DNA from: an uncultured Christensenella sp.
GTDB taxonomy: Bacteria; Bacillota; Clostridia; Christensenellales; UBA3700
NCBI GenBank assembly: GCA_910583995.1
Contig: CAJTYW010000006.1
Location: 17,989-81,988, forward strand
Direction of reading: 5' to 3'
Length of the DNA: 64,000 bases
Part shown: in pieces, positions 1-9,295 of the stretch
Position numbering within the stretch: position 1 is the stretch's first letter
Layout of the letters: every line of letters begins with the position of its first letter
Notes under the pieces: generated by a model
Database searches by the model: none
What the model saw: only the letters and a program-made list of their open reading frames with translations
Told to the model about the DNA's origin: nothing
Position numbers and translations under genes: made by a program

Positions 1-230
1 CCGAAATATGACTAAAAATTTTTAAAAGTCCTAACCTAAAATAAACTTTTAATGTTTTTATGCTTTATTTTTTCATATTTTTCCATTTTTTTTAGATTTT
101 TCCGCTAATTAAGGTTAAAATTACCAATTTTTAAAAGATAATTTTTTATCCTACTACTAATAAAGGGCAAATTTTTGCGACTTTTGTGACACTTTGTTGA
201 AAAATAATTTGTAAATTTTTTGTAAAGCAC

Positions 231-271
231 AAAAATACCGACTCTGTTTGACACAAAGTCGGTATTTTTTT
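231..271 (-). terminator. intrinsic-terminator-like hairpin at the distal end of the sigma-factor operon
   Basis: TACCGACT (236-243) is the exact reverse complement of AGTCGGTA (257-264). An A-run lies on one side and a T-run on the other, so a hairpin plus U-tract forms in either direction. Confidence 0.5.
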
Positions 272-287
272 AATAATTTTTCATTAC

Positions 288-959
288 TTAGGAGACAATA
301 AATAATTTTTCCAATGTTTCTAGAAATGGGCTTTCCCCATCAAAACCTACACCATCATAAGTAATATAAATACGCTCTTTTTTAGTTATTATATTACCCT
401 GAACTTTTATAAAGCTTATTCCGTCATCATCTGTTTCAATGTCTTCATAATAGGATAATTTATGATTTGCTATATAATATTCTTTATCATAAGGAAAGGT
501 AAAAGGTTCTATTTTAAAATTATCATTTACTAATATCGATAAAGTTATGCTTTCAAATGTTTCATCGTTACTAGTATTTACTATAAAATATAATACTTCT
601 GTTTTAGTTTTATCAAAACATTTTGTGACATAATGGTTCATACTACTATCCAAATCAAAAAACTTTGTATATTCATTTAGCTCTTCAACTGTTGAACTCA
701 CTTGATTTATATCTGTGTAACTAAAATGGTCTTGGGGGACATCTGTTTTTAAAATAAGTGGAATAACTATACTTGCAACAATTAAAATCGCTGCAATACA
801 AGAACTAACCATTGCAAGCCTAAATGATTTATGTTTTTGACTTGTGGCTTTTTTATTAAGGCATTCATTCTGATGTTTTAAAGACTTTAACAATTGCTCG
901 TCACGAATGCTATTTAATGATTCATTGACATTGTCTTGAAGTTTTTTAAACTTTTTCAT
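288..959 (-). CDS. single-pass membrane protein of unknown function (anti-sigma-like topology)
   Basis: 223-aa ORF with GGAG SD 8 nt upstream. It has a charged N-terminal ~45 aa, one hydrophobic helix (FRLAMVSSCIAAILIVASIVIPLIL) and then a ~150-aa external domain. It is the last gene of the sigma operon. Confidence 0.6.
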   Translation of the reverse strand: MKKFKKLQDNVNESLNSIRDEQLLKSLKHQNECLNKKATSQKHKSFRLAMVSSCIAAILIVASIVIPLILKTDVPQDHFSYTDINQVSSTVEELNEYTKFFDLDSSMNHYVTKCFDKTKTEVLYFIVNTSNDETFESITLSILVNDNFKIEPFTFPYDKEYYIANHKLSYYEDIETDDDGISFIKVQGNIITKKERIYITYDGVGFDGESPFLETLEKLFIVS

Positions 960-987
960 AATTGACTCCTAATTAAAATTTGCTTAT

Positions 988-2196
988 TTAGTTAATTTGC
1001 ACTCCAAACGCATCTTTGATATTTGTTTTGTAAGAAATGTTAAAATATCCTGTTGTCAAATCTTTTATACCTGTTGCAACGACTAAATATTTATCGTTTC
1101 TTTTTGTGCCATTTGTAAGCGTATATGTAATATCTTTATAACCAAAAGCAGTCATAGTGTGATTATATTTGCTTATTTTGATTGATAAATTATCACTATT
1201 ATTTTGAGTTTTTATTGTTACTACATTAAACATTGACAAAAATAGTGCAATTGGCCAACCATTATCAATATAATTTTTTGCTATATTATAATCAAAATTG
1301 CCTGCTGACATACAAGAGTTATAGGATATTTGATAATTACCATTTCTTTTTACATATTTTTCCATACCGGTTTTAAATTGGTCAATAGTAGCACCTACAC
1401 CTGTACTATTTGTTTCCATATCGTAAAACAAATCACTTGTCAATTTATCTGTTGTAGCACTTTTGCCATAATATAAGTAATTAGAAGCAAGGCTACTGCC
1501 GGGATTGTAATTAGGTATTAAATTTGTTTTGTACCTATCCCAAAATTGTATTATATTTGCACCTGTAACTGCTGCACAGCCATCAGGAAAACTATCTGAA
1601 CCAATAAGATACGGATGTTTTTTAGCTAGCTGATATGTATCCTCTGATTTTGACGAAAAATTGATAGTTTCGCTTTCATAAGTCAAATCGTCATAACTGC
1701 CAAAATGTGCTACTTCTCTCAAACTATCTAAAAGGTCTTGATTTAAAAGCTCATTTGTTTTTGCAAAATAATAGCTATCTTCCGCAAAATATAAATAAGT
1801 CATATCACAAACATAAATCCTTTTACAATCATTTAAAGAGTTGTACGGATTTTTTGTGTTAAAAAACACTTCCGCAACTTCAAACTCGCCAAATGTGCAA
1901 ATCACTATTGCATAGCCTTTTTCTTCATTTACCGAAAAATCATAAACATAGCCTAGCTTTTGCAGATTTATATCGTATAATAATTCTTTTTGTGCGGATA
2001 TATTTATGTCAGCGCCATAATTATCTTTTGCAAGAACTTGAATATTTTCCAAAAATACTTGGTCATATTCGTTACCATCTAATTCCATTGCAAATGCTAC
2101 AGGAATATTTTGTGCTACAACATAGATGCCCGTTAAAGCTATAATAATTATGGCAACTACTAAAAATAAATTAATTAATACTTTTTTCTTTTGCAT
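988..2196 (-). CDS. membrane-anchored/secreted putative papain-fold cysteine peptidase (streptopain C10-like pattern)
   Basis: 402-aa ORF with AGAGG SD and an N-terminal signal anchor (VLINLFLVVAIIIIALTGIYVV). The C-terminal half has a Cys context DGCAAVTGANIIQFW and a His context NHTMTAFGY, resembling the nucleophile/His motifs of C10-type peptidases. The family assignment is from memory only. Confidence 0.5.
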   Translation of the reverse strand: MQKKKVLINLFLVVAIIIIALTGIYVVAQNIPVAFAMELDGNEYDQVFLENIQVLAKDNYGADINISAQKELLYDINLQKLGYVYDFSVNEEKGYAIVICTFGEFEVAEVFFNTKNPYNSLNDCKRIYVCDMTYLYFAEDSYYFAKTNELLNQDLLDSLREVAHFGSYDDLTYESETINFSSKSEDTYQLAKKHPYLIGSDSFPDGCAAVTGANIIQFWDRYKTNLIPNYNPGSSLASNYLYYGKSATTDKLTSDLFYDMETNSTGVGATIDQFKTGMEKYVKRNGNYQISYNSCMSAGNFDYNIAKNYIDNGWPIALFLSMFNVVTIKTQNNSDNLSIKISKYNHTMTAFGYKDITYTLTNGTKRNDKYLVVATGIKDLTTGYFNISYKTNIKDAFGVQIN

Positions 2197-2215
2197 ATTT
2201 ACACCTCTTTACTTA

Positions 2216-2752
2216 TTAAGGGCGTTTATTTTGCGATTTTGTTACAGTATTGTGTAAATTTTTTATTTTTTTGATTGCTCTAGAATGTTTCTGTCTAATT
2301 GTGCCATATTTTATGCCTAAAAAATTAGAAATTTCTTTTGCGCTATATCCAAAAACATATATCATTTTAATTATTTGTTGAGTGGTCTCATCTAGCTGCC
2401 TTATGTAAATATCCAAATCGCCATACAAGTCATCATCAATGGTTACTTCTCTTGTACTGTAATTGTTATTAATTCTGCAATACTTGCGCTCGGTTTTTAA
2501 AAGCTTTAATGCAATGTGGTCGCAACATTTATAAACCCATTGTGTTGGATACTTTATGTACTGGGTATAACCCGTTTTTACAAGGTATTTAAAAAATTCC
2601 TGACTGACATCTTGTGCAATTTTATCTCCGTCTTCATATTTATCGCTTATATAAATGATTATTCGGCTGTAGTAAAAGTTAAAAAGCTCTTCCAATGAAT
2701 CATTATTTGTATTTAATTTTTTCAAAAGGTAATTAAACTCAATATGATTCAT
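2216..2752 (-). CDS. sigma-70 family (ECF-like) RNA polymerase sigma factor
   Basis: 178 aa with GGAGAAAG SD. The C-terminal region-4 HTH is GYSAKEISNFLGIKYGTIRQKHSRAIKKIKN. Size and layout are typical of group 4 sigma factors. Confidence 0.8.
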   Translation of the reverse strand: MNHIEFNYLLKKLNTNNDSLEELFNFYYSRIIIYISDKYEDGDKIAQDVSQEFFKYLVKTGYTQYIKYPTQWVYKCCDHIALKLLKTERKYCRINNNYSTREVTIDDDLYGDLDIYIRQLDETTQQIIKMIYVFGYSAKEISNFLGIKYGTIRQKHSRAIKKIKNLHNTVTKSQNKRP

Positions 2753-2824
2753 ACTTTCTCCGTTAAAATTAGTTTGCGTGCAGACGATTTTATTGCAAAA
2801 AACAAAAATGTATACCTAAAATGT

Positions 2825-2853
2825 ATTATAACACATAGTTAATTGTTTTACAA
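2825..2853 (-). promoter_or_regulatory. sigma-A type promoter for the sigma-factor operon
   Basis: On the minus strand: TTGTAA (2853-2848), a 17-nt spacer, then TATAAT (2830-2825) preceded by a TGT extended -10. It lies about 70 nt upstream of the 2752 start. Confidence 0.55.
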
Positions 2854-2862
2854 CATAAAATC

Positions 2863-2894
2863 AAAAAAAACGGGACGCAATGTCCCGCTTTTTT
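2863..2894 (-). terminator. bidirectional intrinsic terminator
   Basis: CGGGAC (2871-2876) pairs with GTCCCG (2882-2887), flanked by A8 and T6 runs. It lies directly downstream of the ABC gene fragment. Confidence 0.55.
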
Positions 2895-2911
2895 GTGTAA
2901 ATGCTTTTATT

Positions 2912-3127
2912 TTAAATATTAAGCATTGTATAATAAATACCGCCTTTTGCAATTAGTTCTTCGTGTGTGCCGCGTTCCGCTATTCCGTCGCTTGTTAAAA
3001 CTATGATTTCGTCGGCATTTCGGATTGTAGACAATCTATGTGCGATTATTATGCTAGTTCTTCCCACGCTCAAACTTTCAAGAGATTTTTGAACCAATCT
3101 TTCTGACTCATTGTTCAATTTCACCAC
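2912..3127 (-). pseudogene. 3' fragment of an ABC exporter ATP-binding gene (C-terminal ~65 aa only)
   Basis: Translation is [39 protein letters not shown]...[16 protein letters not shown], the D-loop/H-loop end of an MsbA-type NBD. Walker A/B, the signature motif and the TMD are absent. ABC homology stops at about 3110-3127, where the recombinase reading frame ends. Confidence 0.85.
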
Positions 3128-4481
3128 CCTTACTATTGTACTCAGTTTCAGTCAGTTGTCCTGCTCTTTTATCTCGTATCAGTTCAAGCATCATTTCTTG
3201 GTTATGTTCTATGGCTTTCAAAGTCGTGTCTAAATCAGCTGAATTAGTGTTTTCGAGTTATGTTATTATATTCTCTCTTAAAGTCGCCTTAACTGTTTGA
3301 AAATCTTCCACAAGTCTTCGTATCATTTCCAAAAATGCATCTTCTATATATTTTTCTCTTATATAAATTTGATTGCATTTTTCGTTTCCCTCAAGTTTAT
3401 GCGTTGCACATACCCAAGTTCGTGTATATTCACCTTTTATGTATTGCGCATGTCTTCTAAAATAATCCCCACATACACCACATAGTATTTTCTTACTGTA
3501 TGGGTATTTGCTACTGAATCTGCCGAAATTATTATTCGAATGTCCTCTTATTGCTTCACGCCTTTTAATTTCGTTTTGTACCATATCAAACTCTTCTTTA
3601 CTTATTATTGCTGGATGGCTATTTTCGATATAATATCTTTCGGATTGTCCTTTATTCTTATATCGTTTTTACTCAATACATCTGGTTTATAAGTTTTTCC
3701 TAAAATTAATCCCCCATAATATTTTTCATTCTTCAATATACTCATTATGACTGATGAGCACCATGTCGTCTTGCCAGATGGCGTAATATATCCATCATCT
3801 GTTAATCTTCTTGCTATATTTGAAGCTGAATATCCATACATATATTCTCTATATATTCTTTTTACTATTTCAGCTTGTTCTGGAACTATCACAAAATTAT
3901 GATTTTCATCCCTTGTATATCCTAGGAATCGCTTATAATTCACATGAATATCTCCATTTTGGAATTTTTTTGATATGCCCATTTAACATTAGTTGATATC
4001 GTTCTTGATTCTTGTTCTGCCATTGCTGCTAATATAGTTATTAGCACTTCTCCACCAGGAGATAATGTGTCAATGTTTTCGTTTTCAAAATATACGCTTA
4101 TACCTAATTCTTTTAGCTCTCGTATACAATTTAGTGCATCAACGATATTTCGTGCAAATCTTGCTATCGATTTAACTAGTATTTTATCTAATTTTCTATT
4201 GCGGCAATCATTTAACATGCGTTGAAAATCTGTTCGTTTATCCGCTCTTGTTCCTATTATACCTTCATCCGCATAAAAATACCTGCGAATTCCCACCCTT
4301 CATGATTTTGTATGTATTTGTTATAATGCGATACTTGTCTTTCATAACTATCCTCTTGTTCCTCTTTTTTCGTGCTTACTCTCGCATATGCACCCACTCG
4401 AATAAGTTTAGTAATAGTTGCTGCAGTTGTCTTAATGAATGATGCTGGTATTGTTTTTACCACTCTTGGTTTATCATACAT
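3108..4481 (-). pseudogene. large serine recombinase, inactivated by at least four frame disruptions
   Basis: Five consecutive minus-strand ORF pieces together give a resolvase domain (AYARVSTKKEEQEDSYERQ; ADEGIIGT...; LVKSIARFARN), a recombinase domain (FLGYTRDENHNFVIVPEQAEIVKRIY), a zinc-ribbon (CGVCGDYF...WVCATH) and a C-terminal coiled coil (hand-translated 3108-3257: [49 protein letters not shown]). Frame breaks are near 4270-4296, 3960, 3600 and 3258. Confidence 0.85.
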
Positions 4482-4584
4482 TGTCTTGTTCCCTCCATAT
4501 TTTTTGTTTTCTTTGCCAATCTCTTATATCACCATGTTTGCCATTGGTATATTTGCTAGATAGTTTTACTCCATTATAAAATTC

Positions 4585-4620
4585 AAAAGTCACTATCCAA
4601 TCTAGAATAGTGACTCTTTT
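4585..4620 (-). terminator. intrinsic-terminator-like hairpin downstream of the ATPase gene
   Basis: AGTCACTAT (4588-4596) pairs with ATAGTGACT (4607-4615), flanked by A- and T-runs. Confidence 0.45.
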
Positions 4621-4693
4621 AATAAATATATATATTATAATTACTTATTAATTACATATTTTTCGCAAATTATACTTTGTTTATAATATATTA

Positions 4694-6115
4694 TTAAATG
4701 TTTTTTCCTTTACCAATTAGATATAAAAATGCAAATGCTGGAATTCTATACAAGTGAGTATTCTCTCTGTCAAATAACCCATAATCATTTTCATTTTTTG
4801 TTATTACATAACCTGGTGTATCTTTCATCCCATATACTACTATTCCATCTTCATCACTAATTGAGGAATTATTTTTCATTTTTGTCTCTACATATTGAAT
4901 TGGTTGTCCTGCATATTGTACTACAACATCTACTTCTGCTCCTTTACCATCTCTAGTGTATCCAACTTCATATAATGAATTTTGTGCCAAATAGTAATCT
5001 TTAACATGCTTATACACAGCAGTTTCCAATGAATATCCTAATTCAGTATCATTTGTATATATATCTGCACCTAAAACGACAGCACTTCTTATTCCGCTAT
5101 CAGATACATAAATTTTATTTTTGCTTTTCAAGACTTTTTTCCCAGAAATATTTAACTGTTTACTTATGTTTATAAGATTTGCATTTTCAAGATATGTTAT
5201 ATATTTTTCAATTGTTGGTCTCGTTACCCCAGTAAATTCCTTACTCATTGCCTCTAAATTAATTATGCTTGAGCTATTAAAACATAAATATAAGAATACT
5301 TTTTCCAATTCATCTACACTGCGAATTTCATAGATAGCTGGCAAATCATGTTTAATTGCTCTTTCCATAACATCTTCACGCAAAAGTTTTTGTGCATATA
5401 CAATATCTTCCGCATTTACAAGTTCAGGGAATCCACCCATTTGCAAATATCTCATCATATGCACTTGCAATGATTTTAACCCATAAATAATATGTGTCTG
5501 TTCTTGTTTTGATAATTCATGCATTTTAAACACATTGTCAATATCAATATCTAATGCAACACCTTTTATATGACAGTATTCATAAAATGATAATGTTGGT
5601 ATTTTTATAACGGTCCATCTGCCAGCACCACTCTCACGAACATTATCTTCTACAACTGCACTTGCTGAACCCGTTGCTACTGCTTGCATTAATGGATTCA
5701 TATCATACACCATTTTCAAATAATGTGTCCAATTTTTATCAAACTGAACTTCATCTATGAACAACCAAAACTTCTCTTCGCTTGAAATGTTGTTGCGATA
5801 AATATTTATCAATTTCTCCAAGCCCTTCATACGAATAACTGGATGGTCAAATGTGAAAAACAATATATTTTGTGGTTTTACACCTTGTTCAAGTAATTCG
5901 GATATAATTTGATACATTATTGTTGTCTTTCCTGTTCTTCTTGCACCACTCATCACAACAATTCTACGCAAATCACTCTCCAATGCTTTTTTGCAAGTAT
6001 AATATCCATTTCTTTTAAAGCTTTTAATTTGTGTCTTAGGAACTGCCCCTGTTTGCCACCATGGATTCATAGTATACAATATTGATAAAATATTACTTTC
6101 ATTTACTATTGCCAT
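4694..6115 (-). CDS. AAA-type ATPase of the AAA_14/DUF4143 kind
   Basis: 473 aa with AGGAGGG SD and Walker A SGARRTGKTT. Length and C-terminal region are typical of the widespread 'ATP-binding protein, DUF4143' family often found on mobile DNA. Confidence 0.75.
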   Translation of the reverse strand: MAIVNESNILSILYTMNPWWQTGAVPKTQIKSFKRNGYYTCKKALESDLRRIVVMSGARRTGKTTIMYQIISELLEQGVKPQNILFFTFDHPVIRMKGLEKLINIYRNNISSEEKFWLFIDEVQFDKNWTHYLKMVYDMNPLMQAVATGSASAVVEDNVRESGAGRWTVIKIPTLSFYEYCHIKGVALDIDIDNVFKMHELSKQEQTHIIYGLKSLQVHMMRYLQMGGFPELVNAEDIVYAQKLLREDVMERAIKHDLPAIYEIRSVDELEKVFLYLCFNSSSIINLEAMSKEFTGVTRPTIEKYITYLENANLINISKQLNISGKKVLKSKNKIYVSDSGIRSAVVLGADIYTNDTELGYSLETAVYKHVKDYYLAQNSLYEVGYTRDGKGAEVDVVVQYAGQPIQYVETKMKNNSSISDEDGIVVYGMKDTPGYVITKNENDYGLFDRENTHLYRIPAFAFLYLIGKGKNI

Positions 6116-6295
6116 ATTTACCCTCCTAGTAATTGTAGTCTTTATTACAATTCAAATATAGCACATATTTACAATAAAGTCAACAATTATTATAAGTATA
6201 CTTTGAATTTTTCTCGATATTATTATAAATAGACTGCAATTTTCGACAAATATCTTTTTTATCAGCTTATAATTTATTTGATTAACTTTTATACT

Positions 6296-6364
6296 ATTCG
6301 GTCATATTTTGCATTTTCATTCGGTTAGATTTCTAAATTTTATTCGGACAAATTTTAACAAAGA
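6296..6364. repeat. three tandem 23-bp direct repeats starting ATTCGG
   Basis: ATTCGG occurs at 6296, 6319 and 6342 (period exactly 23 nt). The units are attcggtcatattttgcattttc / attcggttagatttctaaatttt / attcggacaaattttaacaaaga. Confidence 0.5.
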
Positions 6365-6399
6365 TTTTGGTATTTATCTGTAATATTTTTAGCATTTTA

Positions 6400-6687
6400 C
6401 TATAATATCACTCCCTTTTCCGCCGCCATCGCTTTAAGTATTGCATCGCCTTTGCTACTTGTCTTTTGATTAGGTTTCTTGCGAGCTTCCTTTAATAATT
6501 TATTTAGTCTTGGAAGTTTTTTCTGTCTTGCAAGAGCCTCTGTGTGCCATGCTAATGTCAACATGTTCTCAAAGTCAAGTTGTTCTTGTCTCTTTTTGAA
6601 TTTTGCTATTAACCCCAACTCAAAAGGAGTATACTCTCCTACTATAAGTGGATCCATTCCCCATACTGCAACTGCTTGCTCGGTCAA
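6400..6687 (-). CDS. phage protein in the second tail-assembly-chaperone position
   Basis: 95-aa ORF immediately after the chaperone-like ORF and before the point where a tape-measure gene would be expected. It has a basic C-terminus. Confidence 0.45.
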   Translation of the reverse strand: MTEQAVAVWGMDPLIVGEYTPFELGLIAKFKKRQEQLDFENMLTLAWHTEALARQKKLPRLNKLLKEARKKPNQKTSSKGDAILKAMAAEKGVIL

Positions 6688-6710
6688 TACAAATAAGTCA
6701 AAGGTGGCGG

Positions 6711-7028
6711 CTACGTTTCCCCCGTTTCGGTTTCTTGTTCTGTCTTATCTTCTCCAAATGCCATACTCAATGCTTTTCCAAGTTTTTCTGCGATTTCAAC
6801 AATATTTGAGTGTTCATCAATTAGATTACCTACTTTTTCAATAGTTAATGTTTTGTCTTCATGATATAATCCACCATAAGCAATAGCAAGTAGGTCTCTT
6901 ACACCTAACTTATCCATTTCTAACGAAAGCACAGACTTCCCTGTTATAGCTTCAATTTTTGCAAGTGCATTCATACCATATCTCAAAGTTCTTGGTTTAT
7001 CTAAATTAATTATTATTCCTTGTTTCAT
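6711..7028 (-). CDS. phage tail assembly chaperone-like protein
   Basis: 105 aa and acidic at the C-terminus. It lies directly downstream of the major tail gene (2-nt gap), the canonical siphovirus order. Confidence 0.55.
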   Translation of the reverse strand: MKQGIIINLDKPRTLRYGMNALAKIEAITGKSVLSLEMDKLGVRDLLAIAYGGLYHEDKTLTIEKVGNLIDEHSNIVEIAEKLGKALSMAFGEDKTEQETETGET

Positions 7029-7029
7029 C

Positions 7030-7446
7030 TTAATTACCTCCTACTACATCACTTGTTTCAAAAGACAACGCACCATTCCCTGTAAATTCAATGCTTATAG
7101 ACACAACATCATCAACTGGGTCTTCAATTGAAAGACTATTAATGTATGCCTCTCCCGTGTAATAATTTTTATCATCAACATACAATTTCACTACTACGGT
7201 TAATCCATTAAGGAATGCCGTTTGCGATGCTCCTTGCCCCTCTTTGTCAACAGGAACTTCATAATCTCCTTCGCTGGATGCAGACCATTCTTTCAGTCCT
7301 GTTATGTATTTCTTCCAATCATCTCCAAGGGATGTAGTTTCAAGAGGATCCAAAGATAATTCTAGCGACCAATTCTTAATTCCTACAACTTTTTTACTTT
7401 CATCAGCACCAATGACAACTTTACCATTTTTTCCTGCAACTGCCAT
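7030..7446 (-). CDS. phage major tail protein (TP901-1/phi13-like)
   Basis: 138 aa. Size, position and sequence style (KNWSLELSLDPLETTSLGDDW...EGDYEVPVD) are typical of siphovirus major tail proteins. Confidence 0.7.
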   Translation of the reverse strand: MAVAGKNGKVVIGADESKKVVGIKNWSLELSLDPLETTSLGDDWKKYITGLKEWSASSEGDYEVPVDKEGQGASQTAFLNGLTVVVKLYVDDKNYYTGEAYINSLSIEDPVDDVVSISIEFTGNGALSFETSDVVGGN

Positions 7447-7456
7447 AGTTACCTCC

Positions 7457-7867
7457 TTATTTTTCGTTATATAAAAATTCTAATTCGATACTAGACATAT
7501 ACTCATTAGTATCGAATTTCAGCGCAGTATTTCCGTTATATTCATAATCCGACTTAATAAATACTGCTTGTATAAACAATCCATTCATATCTCCATAGTA
7601 GTCTTGAAAAATGCTTTTTACTATGCGAGATAGTTCTCTAGATTTTTTATATGTTGTATCATGACAAACAAACTGGATTGTTTGTCTAACAAAGCCTGTA
7701 TCACCTTGCAATGCCGAATAATAGTTCGCCAAAACAGGTGTATATACTATTGCAGGCAATGGTGCATCTTCTGGCAAAATAATTGGATAAATGCGATTAG
7801 AAAGATACCTTGATAACTTTATATCTTGACATAATTTTTCATAAACTGCCTGACATATATCCTTCAT
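7457..7867 (-). CDS. phage tail terminator / tail completion protein
   Basis: 136 aa, located between the gp10-family gene and the major tail gene. It overlaps the upstream gene by 4 nt. Confidence 0.5.
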   Translation of the reverse strand: MKDICQAVYEKLCQDIKLSRYLSNRIYPIILPEDAPLPAIVYTPVLANYYSALQGDTGFVRQTIQFVCHDTTYKKSRELSRIVKSIFQDYYGDMNGLFIQAVFIKSDYEYNGNTALKFDTNEYMSSIELEFLYNEK

Positions 7868-8163
7868 AATTTTCTCCCTACTGCCCTTGAAATCTCTGCA
7901 ACAATTGCATTGTTAATTTGGTTTTGATTATCATCTACAGCATTCCTTAAAAATGGATTTGCTGGTCTTCCTCTTGCTCCCAATTCAACATGTGTACCAT
8001 ATTTCAATGACTTGTCATAGTCTACTTGCACTGTTGCTTTTACTGCTGTTGCCTTACACTCACTTAGATGTAAACTTTGTTTCAATGCTCCACTATCTAC
8101 TGGACAATTTCTTTTCGCATCTTCAAGTGCTATCTTCCCACCTGCTTTTGCTCCTGCCATCAT
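7864..8163 (-). CDS. phage HK97 gp10-family head-tail connector protein
   Basis: 99 aa with AKRNCPVDSGALKQSLHL...VELGARGRPANPFLRNA, the characteristic gp10-family pattern. Confidence 0.7.
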   Translation of the reverse strand: MMAGAKAGGKIALEDAKRNCPVDSGALKQSLHLSECKATAVKATVQVDYDKSLKYGTHVELGARGRPANPFLRNAVDDNQNQINNAIVAEISRAVGRKL

Positions 8164-8210
8164 TATTTACTGCCGCATCTTCCATTGCTTTCAAATCTTT
8201 TACAAGTTTG

Positions 8211-8438
8211 TTAGCACCATCGATCTCGGTTTTCACTTTCCTTTGTTTTGCACTGTAACCCATCAGACACCAACTCCTTTGCACTTAATGTTGTAGTTGA
8301 ATGTGCAGTTCTGACATCTATCTCTCCAACTTTTTCATAAACTTTGCTACCATATTTAATTCGATGAAGAACCGTAGAATACCGTTCCGTGGTTGCGAAT
8401 ACATAAACCCTTTTTCCGTAGAAAGTAGTTTGGAACAA
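8211..8438 (-). pseudogene. phage head-closure/head-tail adaptor fragment
   Basis: The 75-aa ORF resembles only the C-terminal part of SPP1 gp16-type adaptors (HRIKYGSKVYEKVGEID). Phage homology ends abruptly upstream at about 8440. Confidence 0.4.
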
Positions 8439-8719
8439 GTATTACTACCTATTTTAGACTACTTTCTGCGCAAAAATACGAAGACTTCCCCCTTTGCACA
8501 AGGTGGTTAAAGGGTTATTCTTTATGGATTCGCAATATATTTTAGCACTTTTTATCGAAAATATTAAGGATTATCAATGTTGAAAATAAAAAAACCACTA
8601 CGCATAAGGTTATCTGTTATAAGGATTTCCTTGTGGGCAAAGAAATAGCACACTAACTTCGCTTACGAAGTATAGCGTGCTATGCTTTATAAAGGATTAT
8701 AAAGTTAAATTGAAATTTA

Positions 8720-9226
8720 TTATTGCATTACCTTTTCAAATCGAAAAAAGTAATCTCCGCCTACCATATCGTCTGGTATATTCGAATCCTTATGTCTTGG
8801 ATTGAAAAATTCGACAGCATGAAATCCCAAACGATTAATATAAAAGTGGATATTTCTTTTTTCAAAATAGGGTGTAAAAGTTTCCCAAACTTTCGTGCTT
8901 GGATACAACCGTTCGATCTCGTTCCAAATTTTTTGTCCTACTCCCTTGCTTTGTATTCCGCATTCAACATATAAAAAGTCAAGATGATTATGCCGTGTGT
9001 CTTCGTTTATAACTACGATAGCGCCACCCGATATTTTTCCGTTCAATACCGCCTTATAAGCTACTGCGCCTTTTTTGGACAAAGATTCATCAATGTCTTT
9101 TTCAGACAATATTTCAACATCTAAATTATTGAATATTTCCATAGCACCTTGCTGAAAAGCATCCTGCATATCTTTCTTAAATATAGCGATATCTTCCTTT
9201 TCAATCGGCAAAAGAACAAACTCCAT
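8720..9226 (-). CDS. GNAT family N-acetyltransferase
   Basis: 168 aa with AGGAGA SD and the acetyl-CoA motif IQSKGVGQKIW. Confidence 0.8.
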   Translation of the reverse strand: MEFVLLPIEKEDIAIFKKDMQDAFQQGAMEIFNNLDVEILSEKDIDESLSKKGAVAYKAVLNGKISGGAIVVINEDTRHNHLDFLYVECGIQSKGVGQKIWNEIERLYPSTKVWETFTPYFEKRNIHFYINRLGFHAVEFFNPRHKDSNIPDDMVGGDYFFRFEKVMQ

Positions 9227-9295
9227 TTTTTATTTCTCCTTTAAATTACTGTTTATAATAGTTTCATTATAGCATAACCATTCGGTCTTTGTGAT

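Larger units (their letters stand above)
3108..8438. mobile_element. degraded integrated element / prophage remnant
   Basis: A dead serine recombinase abuts a truncated host gene at one end. A head-tail-joining and tail module lies at 6400-8438, with no tape measure, capsid, terminase or lysis genes. Confidence 0.6.

Noticed and set aside
8440-8720. The missing 5' half of the ABC gene, or a second att site, at the right end of the prophage remnant.
   Set aside because: Hand translation of both strands gave no ABC (Walker B / LSGGQ) or recombinase-like frames. The region only contains a long hairpin (8645-8683) that probably terminates the GNAT gene.
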